A stretch of DNA of 64,000 nucleotides. Source: Candidatus Humicultor tengchongensis (GTDB lineage Bacteria; Sysuimicrobiota; Sysuimicrobiia; Sysuimicrobiales; Humicultoraceae). Where the stretch lies: NCBI GenBank assembly GCA_031459715.1, contig JAVKIA010000001.1:144824-208823 (forward strand), read 5' to 3'. Under the pieces are notes generated by a model. It ran no database searches. It was not told the origin of the DNA and saw only the letters and a list, made by a program, of their open reading frames with translations. This document shows, piece after piece, positions 56,607 to 64,000 of this stretch. Position 1 is the first letter of the stretch. Each line of letters opens with the position of its first letter. The translations under genes were made by a program, and so were the position numbers.

Positions 56607-57860
56607 GTGGTGATCCTGGGAACGCTGGACACCAAGGGGGAGGAATGCCGGTACCTGAGGAGGGCTGTGGAGGCTCTTGGCGGCAGGACCCTGCTGCTGG
56701 ACGTGAGCTGCCTCCACGCGGCGGGCGGCTCAGACGTCGACATCTCCGCCGAGCGCGTCGCCGCTGCGGCGGGGATGTCGTTTGCCCAGGTGGCGGCCAT
56801 GCCCCGGCGCGAGGCGGTGGAGGTCATGGGGCGCGGTGCTGCTGAGATCCTTGAGCAGCTGATCCGCGAGGGGCGGGTAGCGGCCGCCATTGCGCTGGGT
56901 GGCGCCAACGGGTCGCGGCTGGCAGCCCGGGCCGTGGCGCCGCTCCCTCTGGGGATGCCCAAGGTGCTGGTGGCGGTCGTGGGAGCTACCGACCTCACCG
57001 CACTTGTCGGCCCACGGGACATAACGGTCGTGAACGCAGTCTGCGACATTTCGCTGAATCCGATCACCCGACCCATCCTCCGCCAGGCTGCCGCCGCGGT
57101 GCTGAAGATGAGCACAGTGCCCAGGGACGAGCCGGGAGCCGCGCCCACTGTGGCCATGTCGGTACTCGGCGTAACGCAGGCGGCCGCCGAGGCGTGCCGC
57201 CGCCTCCTGGAGGCTGGCGGGGAAGAAGTCGCCGCCTTCCACGCCAACGGCGTCGGTGGACGGGCCCTGGAGGCCGCGATCCTCGACGGCCGGATCGCCC
57301 GGGCGGTGGAGTTGACGCCGAGTGAGCTGATCAACCACCTCGTGGGCGGCGTCTTCTCTGCGGGGGAAGGGCGGATGGACGCCGCTATCGCGCGAGGGCT
57401 CCCCCTGGTGGTCATCCCCGGAGCCATCGACTTCGTGAACTTCTGGACCGGGCGGGTGCCGGAGCGGTTCGCCGGACGACGATTTCTCCAGTACACGGAG
57501 CAGAATGTCCTCATGCGGACCAGCAAGGAGGAGATCGGGGCCTTCGGCGTCCTGCTGGCGGCGAAGCTGAACCGGGTGCGCCGGCCGGCAGCGGTCGCCA
57601 TCCCTACACGGGGGTTCTCCCGGTTCGACCACGCGGACGGACCGGAAGCCCGCACCCTCCGAGGAGAGGCGGCGGGCCCATGGTTCGACCCGGAGGCCGA
57701 TGCCGTCTTTGGGCAGGCGCTTGAGGGCGGCCTGCGCACCGACCTGGTACGCGCGGTATTCGTACCCTACCATATCAACGATCCCGGCTTCGCGGAGGTG
57801 GTGGTGGGACTGCTGGACGAAGTTACGTTGGAATGCAAGGGACGGGCTGGGCGATGGTGA
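56607..57860 (+). CDS. UPF0261 family protein (Tm-1-like N-terminal domain)
   Basis: The N-terminus 'VVILGTLDTKGEECRYLRRAVEALGG' is the family hallmark. 417 aa. Immediately downstream of its TIM-barrel partner. Confidence 0.7.
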   Translation: MVILGTLDTKGEECRYLRRAVEALGGRTLLLDVSCLHAAGGSDVDISAERVAAAAGMSFAQVAAMPRREAVEVMGRGAAEILEQLIREGRVAAAIALGGANGSRLAARAVAPLPLGMPKVLVAVVGATDLTALVGPRDITVVNAVCDISLNPITRPILRQAAAAVLKMSTVPRDEPGAAPTVAMSVLGVTQAAAEACRRLLEAGGEEVAAFHANGVGGRALEAAILDGRIARAVELTPSELINHLVGGVFSAGEGRMDAAIARGLPLVVIPGAIDFVNFWTGRVPERFAGRRFLQYTEQNVLMRTSKEEIGAFGVLLAAKLNRVRRPAAVAIPTRGFSRFDHADGPEARTLRGEAAGPWFDPEADAVFGQALEGGLRTDLVRAVFVPYHINDPGFAEVVVGLLDEVTLECKGRAGRW

Positions 57861-58633
57861 CGCGACGAGCGCTGATCAGGCGGGCGGGCGACCGGGCGGA
57901 GCATTTCCGCCAGCAGGGTTTTCACTGTTCGGAGGCCGTCCTTCGGGGGGCGGCGGCGGCGCTGGGCCTGCGGCCGGATGAGGCCCTCCTGAGGGCCTGC
58001 ACGGGGTTGCGCGGGGGCGGCGGGGGGTACGGGGACCGCTGCGGCGCGCTAGAGGCTGGCGCGATGCTCATTGGGTGGATCTTCGGCCGCAGGCGGTCGG
58101 AGGAGGACAACTCCTGTGCCAGCGCGCTCGTGCACTGGCTGCACGAGCGGTTCGTACGGGAGCTAGGCAGCACCTCTTGCCGGGTCCTCAAGCCCCTGTC
58201 CCACGAGCAGTGGAGCAAGGACTTCTCATGCGGCCCGGTCTACCGCCGGGGCGCGGAGCTGGCCGTGCAGGCCATCCTCAGCGCCCACGAGCTCTCCCTG
58301 ACCTGCCCCCGTTTTGACCACCGCCGCCGGCGAGCACAGCGGGCACCGGTCCGGCGTGCGGAGGTCCTGGCTGCGCGGCGCCACATCAGAGCCCTGGCGC
58401 GCCGTGGAGAAATCCAGGTGGGCGCGGCGGTTCGCCACGCACAGGCACGCCTGGGGATTTCAGAAGAGGACATCTCGTACAGCTTGGCCACGGCTGTGCG
58501 TGTGCACCCGGCCGTGGGTGGACGTCTCGTGGTGGAGGGACGGCGCCGGGACCGCTGGTACCTGACGACGGTGGTGCAGCTCCGCCCATCGGGGGGCAGG
58601 CCCGATCGGGTGGAGGTGGTGGCGATCCTGTAA
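57854..58633 (+). CDS. C_GCAxxG_C_C family putative redox-active protein with an extra C-terminal ~100-aa region
   Basis: 'GFHCSEAV...ACTGLRGGGGGYGDRCGALEAGAMLIG' Cys/Gly signature. The ATG at 57854 overlaps the upstream stop (ATGGTGA). An alternative ATG lies at 57833. Confidence 0.6.
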   Translation: MVTRRALIRRAGDRAEHFRQQGFHCSEAVLRGAAAALGLRPDEALLRACTGLRGGGGGYGDRCGALEAGAMLIGWIFGRRRSEEDNSCASALVHWLHERFVRELGSTSCRVLKPLSHEQWSKDFSCGPVYRRGAELAVQAILSAHELSLTCPRFDHRRRRAQRAPVRRAEVLAARRHIRALARRGEIQVGAAVRHAQARLGISEEDISYSLATAVRVHPAVGGRLVVEGRRRDRWYLTTVVQLRPSGGRPDRVEVVAIL

Positions 58634-58692
58634 GGCGACGACGACCTGCATCGACCTAGTGCCATGGCGGCGCGGTGGAAGAGGTGGTGGGG

Positions 58693-59145
58693 GTGGGCGT
58701 CGTAGTCAGGCAGCTGGAGAACTTCTTCACCCTGGTGACCGTGGAGGGGAGCCATCACGTCCTGGTGGGGGACGAGCCCGTGCACAGTGGGGGCACCGAC
58801 AGGGGGCCCAGTCCCTTCAATCTGTTCCTGGCCGCGCTCGGGACCTGAACCGCCGTCACCCTCGTGGGCGTGGCCCGCGAATTCCAGATACCGCTGGAGG
58901 GGCTCCAGGTGCGCGTCAGCCACAAGCAGAATCTCCTCGTAGGCGGCCCCAACGACCCCCAGCAGCGACAGATGCGCATCACGGAACTCTACCGGCACAT
59001 CAGTGTCCGCGGTCCCATCACAGAGGAAGAACGGGAGCGGCTCCTGTGGGGCGCGGAGCACTGCCCCGTCCACAACTCTATCAGCGCCGCCATCCCCATC
59101 CGAACCACGATCGCCGTCTTACAGGAGGGGGCGTCCCGTGGCTAG
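58693..59145 (+). CDS. OsmC/Ohr-family peroxiredoxin-like gene with an in-frame TGA (58846-58848) at the first catalytic-Cys position: selenoprotein candidate or pseudogene
   Basis: One frame reads '...GGTDRGPSPFNLFLAALGT[TGA]TAVTLVGVAREF...LLWGAEHCPVHNSISAAIP...'. The second OsmC cysteine motif (CPxxN) is intact, and the frame stays open for 99 codons after the TGA. GTG start candidates at 58675-58693, the last with an SD 'gaggtggtgg'. Confidence 0.5.
58862..58880 (+). promoter_or_regulatory. Stable hairpin 13 nt 3' of the in-frame UGA (8-bp stem UCGUGGGC/GCCCGCGA, GUG loop): candidate bacterial SECIS-like element
   Basis: Stem arms 58862-58869 / 58873-58880, with G and U in the apical loop. 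Distance from the UGA is comparable to bacterial SECIS geometry. Confidence 0.3.
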
Positions 59146-59265
59146 GGGGGCGCCGACCGATTCGCCGTCGGCGTTCCCCCGGGCCGGCGAAGTGTTCCGG
59201 CTGCGGACGGAGCGCCTCCGGATCGGGGTCGGCTCCAGCAAGCCCCCCGTGCAGGGGTGATGTGG

Positions 59266-59979
59266 ATGAAGCGGGCGCTGGTGACGGGTGCCGGCGGGGG
59301 CATCGGGCAGGCGATCGTCCGTGCCCTTTTGGACGCCGGCTACCGGGTGATCGCCACTGACCGGGATGCGGATGCGCTCCGTTCCCTGCAGGGCGTCGTG
59401 ACTCCACAGGAGACCAGCGTGCTGGACGTGGCCGATGTTTCGTCCATCGCCGCATGCTTTGCCCGAGTAGAGCCGGTGGACGTGCTGGTAAACTGCGCCG
59501 GGGTCCAGATCCGGCGCCCCGCGCTGGAGGTAACCCCCGAGCAGTGGGACCACATTCACGCGGTGAACCTGCGCGGGCTCTTCTTCTGCTCGCAGGCCGC
59601 GGCACAGTCCATGGCCCGGCGCGGCGGAGGTGTCATTATCAACGTCGCCTCCATCCTGGGCGTCGTGGGCCGTCAGCACAATGCCGCCTACGCCGCCAGC
59701 AAAGGGGGCATCGTAGCGCTGACCCGTACCCTGGCGGTGGAGTGGGCTCCCCTGGGGATCAGGGTGAACGCCATAGCCCCGGGGCTGGTGTGGACGCCCA
59801 TGACCGCTGACCTCCGCCAGGATCCCGTGGTCTACGCTGACGTACTGCGCCGGATCCCCGTAGGCCGGTTCGCCACCCCCGAGGAGATTGCTCCGACCGT
59901 GGTCTTCCTGGCGTCCGATGACGCGCGGTATGTCACCGGGGAGGTATTCGTGGTAGACGGCGGGTACACCGCCCAGTAG
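59266..59979 (+). CDS. SDR-family oxidoreductase
   Basis: 'ALVTGAGGGIGQAI' cofactor motif and catalytic 'YAASKGGIVALTR'. The ATG at 59266 has an SD agggg; upstream GTG/ATG alternatives exist. Confidence 0.8.
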   Translation: MKRALVTGAGGGIGQAIVRALLDAGYRVIATDRDADALRSLQGVVTPQETSVLDVADVSSIAACFARVEPVDVLVNCAGVQIRRPALEVTPEQWDHIHAVNLRGLFFCSQAAAQSMARRGGGVIINVASILGVVGRQHNAAYAASKGGIVALTRTLAVEWAPLGIRVNAIAPGLVWTPMTADLRQDPVVYADVLRRIPVGRFATPEEIAPTVVFLASDDARYVTGEVFVVDGGYTAQ

Positions 59980-60125
59980 CCGGAAGGAGAGAGGAGATGG
60001 CACGCCGGAGGGTCACCGTGACGCAACCTTTGCGGCACCGGCGTATGCGAGCGGAGGTCGACGGTCCACCCTGAACTGGTGGGCAACCGCAGGGTGCTGA
60101 AGTCTTTGACCAAAGGAGGCAGCAT

Positions 60126-61163
60126 ATGTTCGCACAGGTGCTGCACCGCTGGGGAGGAGCGCTCTCCTATGAGGAGGTTCCGGTGCCTGTTCCGGCTCCC
60201 GGGGAGGCGCTAGTGAGGGTGGAGGCGTGCGGCGTGGGGCTGACGGTCCTGAACTACATGCGCGGTGATCTCCGGCAGCCCGGGCCGGGGCTGCCCCGCA
60301 TCCCCGGGCACGAGATCGTGGGCCGGGTAGAAGCCCTGGGCGACGGTACCACCGGGCTCGATCCTGGGGATCGAGTGATGGCCTACTTCTATCTAACATG
60401 CGGGCATTGCGATTTCTGCCGGCTGGCGCATGAGCCCCTTTGCCGCAACTTCGGGGGGTACGTGGGGGTGAACCGCGACGGCGGCTATGCGGAGTACGTG
60501 AGCCTGCCGGTGGCCAACTGGCTGCCTGTGCCCAAGGAGATCCCCGCTGTAGAGGCCACGGCGATTCCGGACGCCATCGCCACCCCCTATCACGTCTGCC
60601 GGCGGGCGGGCATTGGTACCGGCGACCTGGTCATGGTGGTAGGGGCGGGAGGCGGTGTCGGTATCCACATGGTACAGATGGTGCGGGCGTTCGGCGGCGA
60701 AGCCGTCGGTGTCGACCTGGGCGAGGCGAAGCTCCAGGCGATCCGCGCGGCCGGGGCGATGGCCGCGGTGGACTTCCGTGCCGGGGATAGGCTGGACCGA
60801 ATCCGTGCGGTCGCGCCCGCAGGGGTGACGGCAGCCATCGACTTCGTGGGGTCGCCGGAAACCCTGGCCTTCTGCCTGGAGGCGCTGGGCCGTCGCGGGC
60901 GACTGGTGCTGCTGACTACCTTTCCTGGTGTGGAGTTCCCTGTAAGCCCTCGTCAGATGGTCTTCGACGAGCTGACGGTGCTGGGCTCGCGCTACACCTC
61001 TCGCTGGGAGCTGATGCAGGCTGCGCGTCTGGTGGCGCGGGGTGCAATCAGGCCCGTGGTCTCTGAGGTGGTCCCCCTGGCTGCGGTGGAGACGCTGCAT
61101 AACAAACTCCACGAGGGAACGCTGATCGGCCGGGGGGCCGTCCGCTGCCAGCCCCCGCTGTAG
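60126..61163 (+). CDS. Zinc-dependent alcohol dehydrogenase family (MDR) oxidoreductase
   Basis: SD AAGGAGG 6 nt upstream. 'CGVGLTVLNYMRGD...GHEIVGRV', structural-Zn 'CGHCDFCRLAHEPLC' and 'VVGAGGGVGIHMVQ'. Confidence 0.8.
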   Translation: MFAQVLHRWGGALSYEEVPVPVPAPGEALVRVEACGVGLTVLNYMRGDLRQPGPGLPRIPGHEIVGRVEALGDGTTGLDPGDRVMAYFYLTCGHCDFCRLAHEPLCRNFGGYVGVNRDGGYAEYVSLPVANWLPVPKEIPAVEATAIPDAIATPYHVCRRAGIGTGDLVMVVGAGGGVGIHMVQMVRAFGGEAVGVDLGEAKLQAIRAAGAMAAVDFRAGDRLDRIRAVAPAGVTAAIDFVGSPETLAFCLEALGRRGRLVLLTTFPGVEFPVSPRQMVFDELTVLGSRYTSRWELMQAARLVARGAIRPVVSEVVPLAAVETLHNKLHEGTLIGRGAVRCQPPL

Positions 61164-61196
61164 ACGGAGGGCACCGGTCGGGGGGATGACGCGGTG

Positions 61197-62978
61197 ATGG
61201 CACGGCGGACCGGAGGGAAGATGCCGCGGCGGGGGACGAACCCGCTGCAAAGGAGCGTCACAGTGGATGGCATGCACATCGACTACGACGTTCCCATCCC
61301 CATGGACGACGGAGTGATCCTGCGGGCCGACGTCTTCCGCCCTGCGGTCGAGGGCCGTTACCCTGTCATCCTCAGCTATGGGCCCTATGCCAAGGGCCTC
61401 CCCTACCAGGTGGGCTACCCCGACCAGTGGCACGCGTTGGTCCGCGACTTCCCCGAGGTGGCCCGGGGGTCGACCTGCCGCTACCAGAACTGGGAAGTGG
61501 TGGACCCGGAGAAGTGGGTCCCGCACGGCTACGCCTGCGTGCGCGTGGACTCCCGGGGTGCGGGGCGCTCTCCAGGCCTCCTGGACATCTTCTCCCCGCG
61601 GGAGACGCGCGACTTCGCCGCCTGCATCGAGTGGGCGGCCGGCCAGCCCTGGAGCAGCGGGAGGGTGGGCCTGAACGGGATCTCCTACTACGCCATCAAC
61701 CAGTGGCTGGTGGCCGGGTTGCAACCCCCGCACCTGGCCGCCATCTGCGCCTGGGAGGGGGCGGCCGACTACTACCGCGACTGGCACCGCCACGGCGGCA
61801 TTCTGTGCACCTTCACCGGTGCCTGGTTCAAGGCGCAGGTGGAGACGGTGCAGCACGGCGTGGGGGCCCGCGGTCCGGTAAACCCGCATACCGGCGAGCT
61901 GGTCGCCGGTCCGGAGACCCTGCCCGAGCACGAGCTGGCCCAGAACCGGGTGGACCCGCTGCGCCAGGCCCTGCTGCGTGAGCTGGACGGCCCGTGGTAC
62001 CGGGAGCGGTCGGCGGACTGGTCGCGGATCACCGTGCCCTTGCTTTCAGCGGGCAACTGGGGCGGACAGGGGCTGCACCTGCGGGGCAACGTGGAGGCGT
62101 TCGTCCGTGCAGCCTCGGCCCAAAAGTGGCTGGAGATCCACGGGCACGCGCACTGGACGCACTTCTCCACCGACTACGGCCTGGCGCTGCAGCGACGGTT
62201 CTTCGACCACTTCCTCAAAGGACTGGACAACGGGTGGGAGCGGGAGCCGCGGGTCCTGCTAAACATCCGCCGCGTCGACGGGTTCGTCCTGCGCAAAGAG
62301 CACGAATGGCCCCTGGCCCGTACCCGCTGGACAAGGTTGTACCTGGACCCGGCACGGCGGACGCTGGGACAGGAGCCGCCGGCGGCCCAGAGCTGGGTGG
62401 AGTACGCACCGCTACAGGAGGGGGTGGCCTTCCGCACCCCCCCGTTTGAGGCGGAGACGGAGATCACCGGCCCGCTGGCGGCCAGGCTCTTCATCGCCTC
62501 CACCACATCCGACGCCGACCTGTTCCTGGTGATCCGGCTGCTGGACCCCTCCGGGGTGGAGGTTACGTTTACCGGGGCGGTGGAGCCCCGCGCGCCCATC
62601 GCCCAGGGGTGGCTGCGGGCCTCGCACCGCAAGCTGGACCTGCACCTTAGCATGCCCTACCGCCCCTACCACACCCACGACGAGATCCAGCCGCTTGTCC
62701 CGGGCCGCGTCTACGAGGTGCAGGTGGAGATCTGGCCTACCTGCATCGTCGTCCCCCCCGGCTACTCGCTGGAGCTGCTGGTGCAGGGGAGGGACTTCCA
62801 GCGGGAGATGCCCAGCGGGGACCTGGGGCCCTGGTCGGGACTGCGGGGCTCGGGGCCCTTCCTGCACGACCACCCCTGGGACCGGCGCCCGGAGGTCTAT
62901 GGCGGGCAGGTCCGGGTGTACGGTGGGGGCGACACGGCTTCCTACCTGCTGCTGCCGGTCATCCCCGGTGAGGCCTGA
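61197..62978 (+). CDS. CocE/NonD-family alpha/beta hydrolase (S15 X-Pro dipeptidyl-peptidase-like)
   Basis: 'PMDDGVILRADVFRP', 'YPVILSYGPY', the nucleophile elbow 'GLNGISYYA' and a C-terminal beta-sandwich domain. The start is uncertain (GTG 61194, ATG 61197 or ATG 61221). Confidence 0.75.
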   Translation: MARRTGGKMPRRGTNPLQRSVTVDGMHIDYDVPIPMDDGVILRADVFRPAVEGRYPVILSYGPYAKGLPYQVGYPDQWHALVRDFPEVARGSTCRYQNWEVVDPEKWVPHGYACVRVDSRGAGRSPGLLDIFSPRETRDFAACIEWAAGQPWSSGRVGLNGISYYAINQWLVAGLQPPHLAAICAWEGAADYYRDWHRHGGILCTFTGAWFKAQVETVQHGVGARGPVNPHTGELVAGPETLPEHELAQNRVDPLRQALLRELDGPWYRERSADWSRITVPLLSAGNWGGQGLHLRGNVEAFVRAASAQKWLEIHGHAHWTHFSTDYGLALQRRFFDHFLKGLDNGWEREPRVLLNIRRVDGFVLRKEHEWPLARTRWTRLYLDPARRTLGQEPPAAQSWVEYAPLQEGVAFRTPPFEAETEITGPLAARLFIASTTSDADLFLVIRLLDPSGVEVTFTGAVEPRAPIAQGWLRASHRKLDLHLSMPYRPYHTHDEIQPLVPGRVYEVQVEIWPTCIVVPPGYSLELLVQGRDFQREMPSGDLGPWSGLRGSGPFLHDHPWDRRPEVYGGQVRVYGGGDTASYLLLPVIPGEA

Positions 62979-63073
62979 TCCCTGGAGGCGGTGATGGAGG
63001 AAACCTTGTTGCGTATAGTCGGCCGCTCGCAGATGGTGGCCGCACTGGAGCTCCTGCGCCAGGAGGTCTCACC

Positions 63074-64000
63074 GTGAGGAGCATGGCCCTGGTGGCCTTC
63101 GGCCAGCCGCTGGTCCCCCGGGAGGTAGAGCCGCCCCGGCCCGGGCCGGGCGAGGTGCTGGTGCAGGTGCTGGCCTGCGGGGTCTGCCGCACCGACCTCA
63201 AGATCGTGGACGGGCAGATGTCCTTCTCCGCCCATCAGAGGTTGCCCCACGTCCCCGGGCACGAGATCGCCGGCGTGGTGGCGGCCTCGGGTGCGGAGGT
63301 CGCCCTGCCCCCGGGCCAGCGGGTGGTGGTCTACAACTACTGGGGCTGCGGCGGGTGCCCTCACTGCGTTGCCGGGGAAGAGAACCTCTGTGATGCCCTG
63401 CGGGGGTGGGTGGGATTCACCACGCCGGGTGGCTTTCAGGAGTTCCTGACGGTGCCGGCCAGCCACGTGCTTCCGCTTCCCAACCAGGTCAACGCCACCC
63501 AGGGCGCGGCCATGTCCTGCGCCCTGGGCACGGCCTACCGCGCCGTGCTCACCCGGGGGCGAGTGCAGGTCGGGGAGACTGCAGTCATCCTGGGGACGGG
63601 CGGGGTGGGCATCCACGCCCTGCAGTTCGCCCGGGCTGCCGGCGCAAGACCGGTGGCCGTGGACGTCGCCGAGCGCAAGCTCCAGGCAGCGCGGGAAGCC
63701 GGCGCAGAGGAGGCGGTCCTGGTCGATGAGGCGGTGGAGCGTGTACGGGCCATGACCACAGGCCGCGGCGCCGACCTGGTGGTGGACTGCGTGGGCAGCG
63801 GCAACACTACCGGTGTGGCCCTGACCCTGGTGCGTAAAGGGGGCCGGATCGTGCAGGTGGGATACACCACCAGGGAGGGGCACCACCCCGCCCTGCCCAC
63901 AGATCGAATGGCCCTGGGCGAGGTCAGCATCATCGGCTCCCGCTACGTCACGCGGCCGGAGCTGGCCAGGGCCATCGAGCTGGTGGCGCGGGGCCAGGTA
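63074..64000 (+). CDS. Zinc-dependent alcohol dehydrogenase family protein (partial; runs off the window)
   Basis: GTG 8 nt after SD AGGAGG. 'VLACGVCRTDLKIVDG...GHEIAGVV', 'CGGCPHCVAGEENLC' and 'ILGTGGVGIHALQFA'. No stop before 64000. Confidence 0.75.
   Translation, partial: MRSMALVAFGQPLVPREVEPPRPGPGEVLVQVLACGVCRTDLKIVDGQMSFSAHQRLPHVPGHEIAGVVAASGAEVALPPGQRVVVYNYWGCGGCPHCVAGEENLCDALRGWVGFTTPGGFQEFLTVPASHVLPLPNQVNATQGAAMSCALGTAYRAVLTRGRVQVGETAVILGTGGVGIHALQFARAAGARPVAVDVAERKLQAAREAGAEEAVLVDEAVERVRAMTTGRGADLVVDCVGSGNTTGVALTLVRKGGRIVQVGYTTREGHHPALPTDRMALGEVSIIGSRYVTRPELARAIELVARGQV

Noticed and set aside
58659-59360. 233-aa ORF (Gly/Arg/Pro-rich) overlapping the OsmC locus in another frame.
   Set aside because: Compositionally a GC artefact. 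The OsmC frame carries recognisable conserved motifs, and this one does not.
62995-63076. 28-aa upstream ORF (MEETLLRIVGRSQMVAALELLRQEVSP) whose TGA overlaps the GTG start of the last ADH.
   Set aside because: No detectable conservation signal. It could be a chance ORF in the intergenic spacer and cannot be supported from sequence alone.

Overview
The window is about 70% GC and almost entirely coding. Gene order and domain content resemble a Firmicutes lineage that has an outer membrane. Supporting this are the yabE-like 3D/G5 gene next to rsmA(ksgA), ispE next to purR, a GerMN protein and a TolC-family porin; high-GC thermophilic clostridia-like or Limnochordia-type organisms are one possibility, and this is inference only. 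There are no transposases, integrases, CRISPR arrays or rRNA genes.

Blocks, left to right:
- thrB, ligA, a GerMN-domain gene and an unusual gene with a C-terminal Hfq-like domain.
- A propionyl-CoA carboxylase and methylmalonyl-CoA mutase cluster with split subunits (pccB, FAD oxidoreductase, GNAT, biotin carboxylase, BCCP, the mutase catalytic domain without a B12 domain, MeaB).
- A yabE-like 3D/G5 gene, rsmA and an aminotransferase.
- An LCP gene on the minus strand, then ispE, an NTP-transferase gene, purR, an orphan SUKH/SMI1 gene, an MFS transporter on the minus strand, a TolC-like porin and acetoacetyl-CoA synthetase.
- An initiator tRNA-fMet with a near-consensus promoter, followed by a coiled-coil gene carrying a 63-bp tandem duplication.
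- A menaquinone operon, menF-menD-menB-menA, ending in a menE::ubiE/menG fusion gene.
- cimA with a structured leader.
- A four-gene BMP/CUT2-type ABC importer on the minus strand, divergent from a GntR regulator.
- A long co-directional catabolic cluster of unknown substrate (2-hydroxyacid dehydrogenase, a LeuA/NifV-like HMGL lyase or synthase, an ACMSD-type amidohydrolase, an M24 creatinase-like gene, LivHMKGF, a deacetylase, ACAD, EtfBA, a split Tm-1-like pair, a C_GCAxxG_C_C protein, an OsmC gene, SDR, two Zn-ADHs and a CocE/NonD hydrolase).

The observations most worth a second look:
- An OsmC/Ohr gene whose first catalytic Cys codon is an in-frame TGA, followed by a hairpin that could act as a selenocysteine-insertion element; it is either a selenoprotein candidate or a pseudogene.
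- An Hfq domain fused to an uncharacterised N-terminal region of about 300 residues.
- The MenE-UbiE fusion.
- The split Tm-1-like gene pair embedded in the catabolic cluster.

Many long antisense ORFs in the six-frame track are GC-driven artefacts. Coordinates of non-coding features are approximate (about +/-2 nt).
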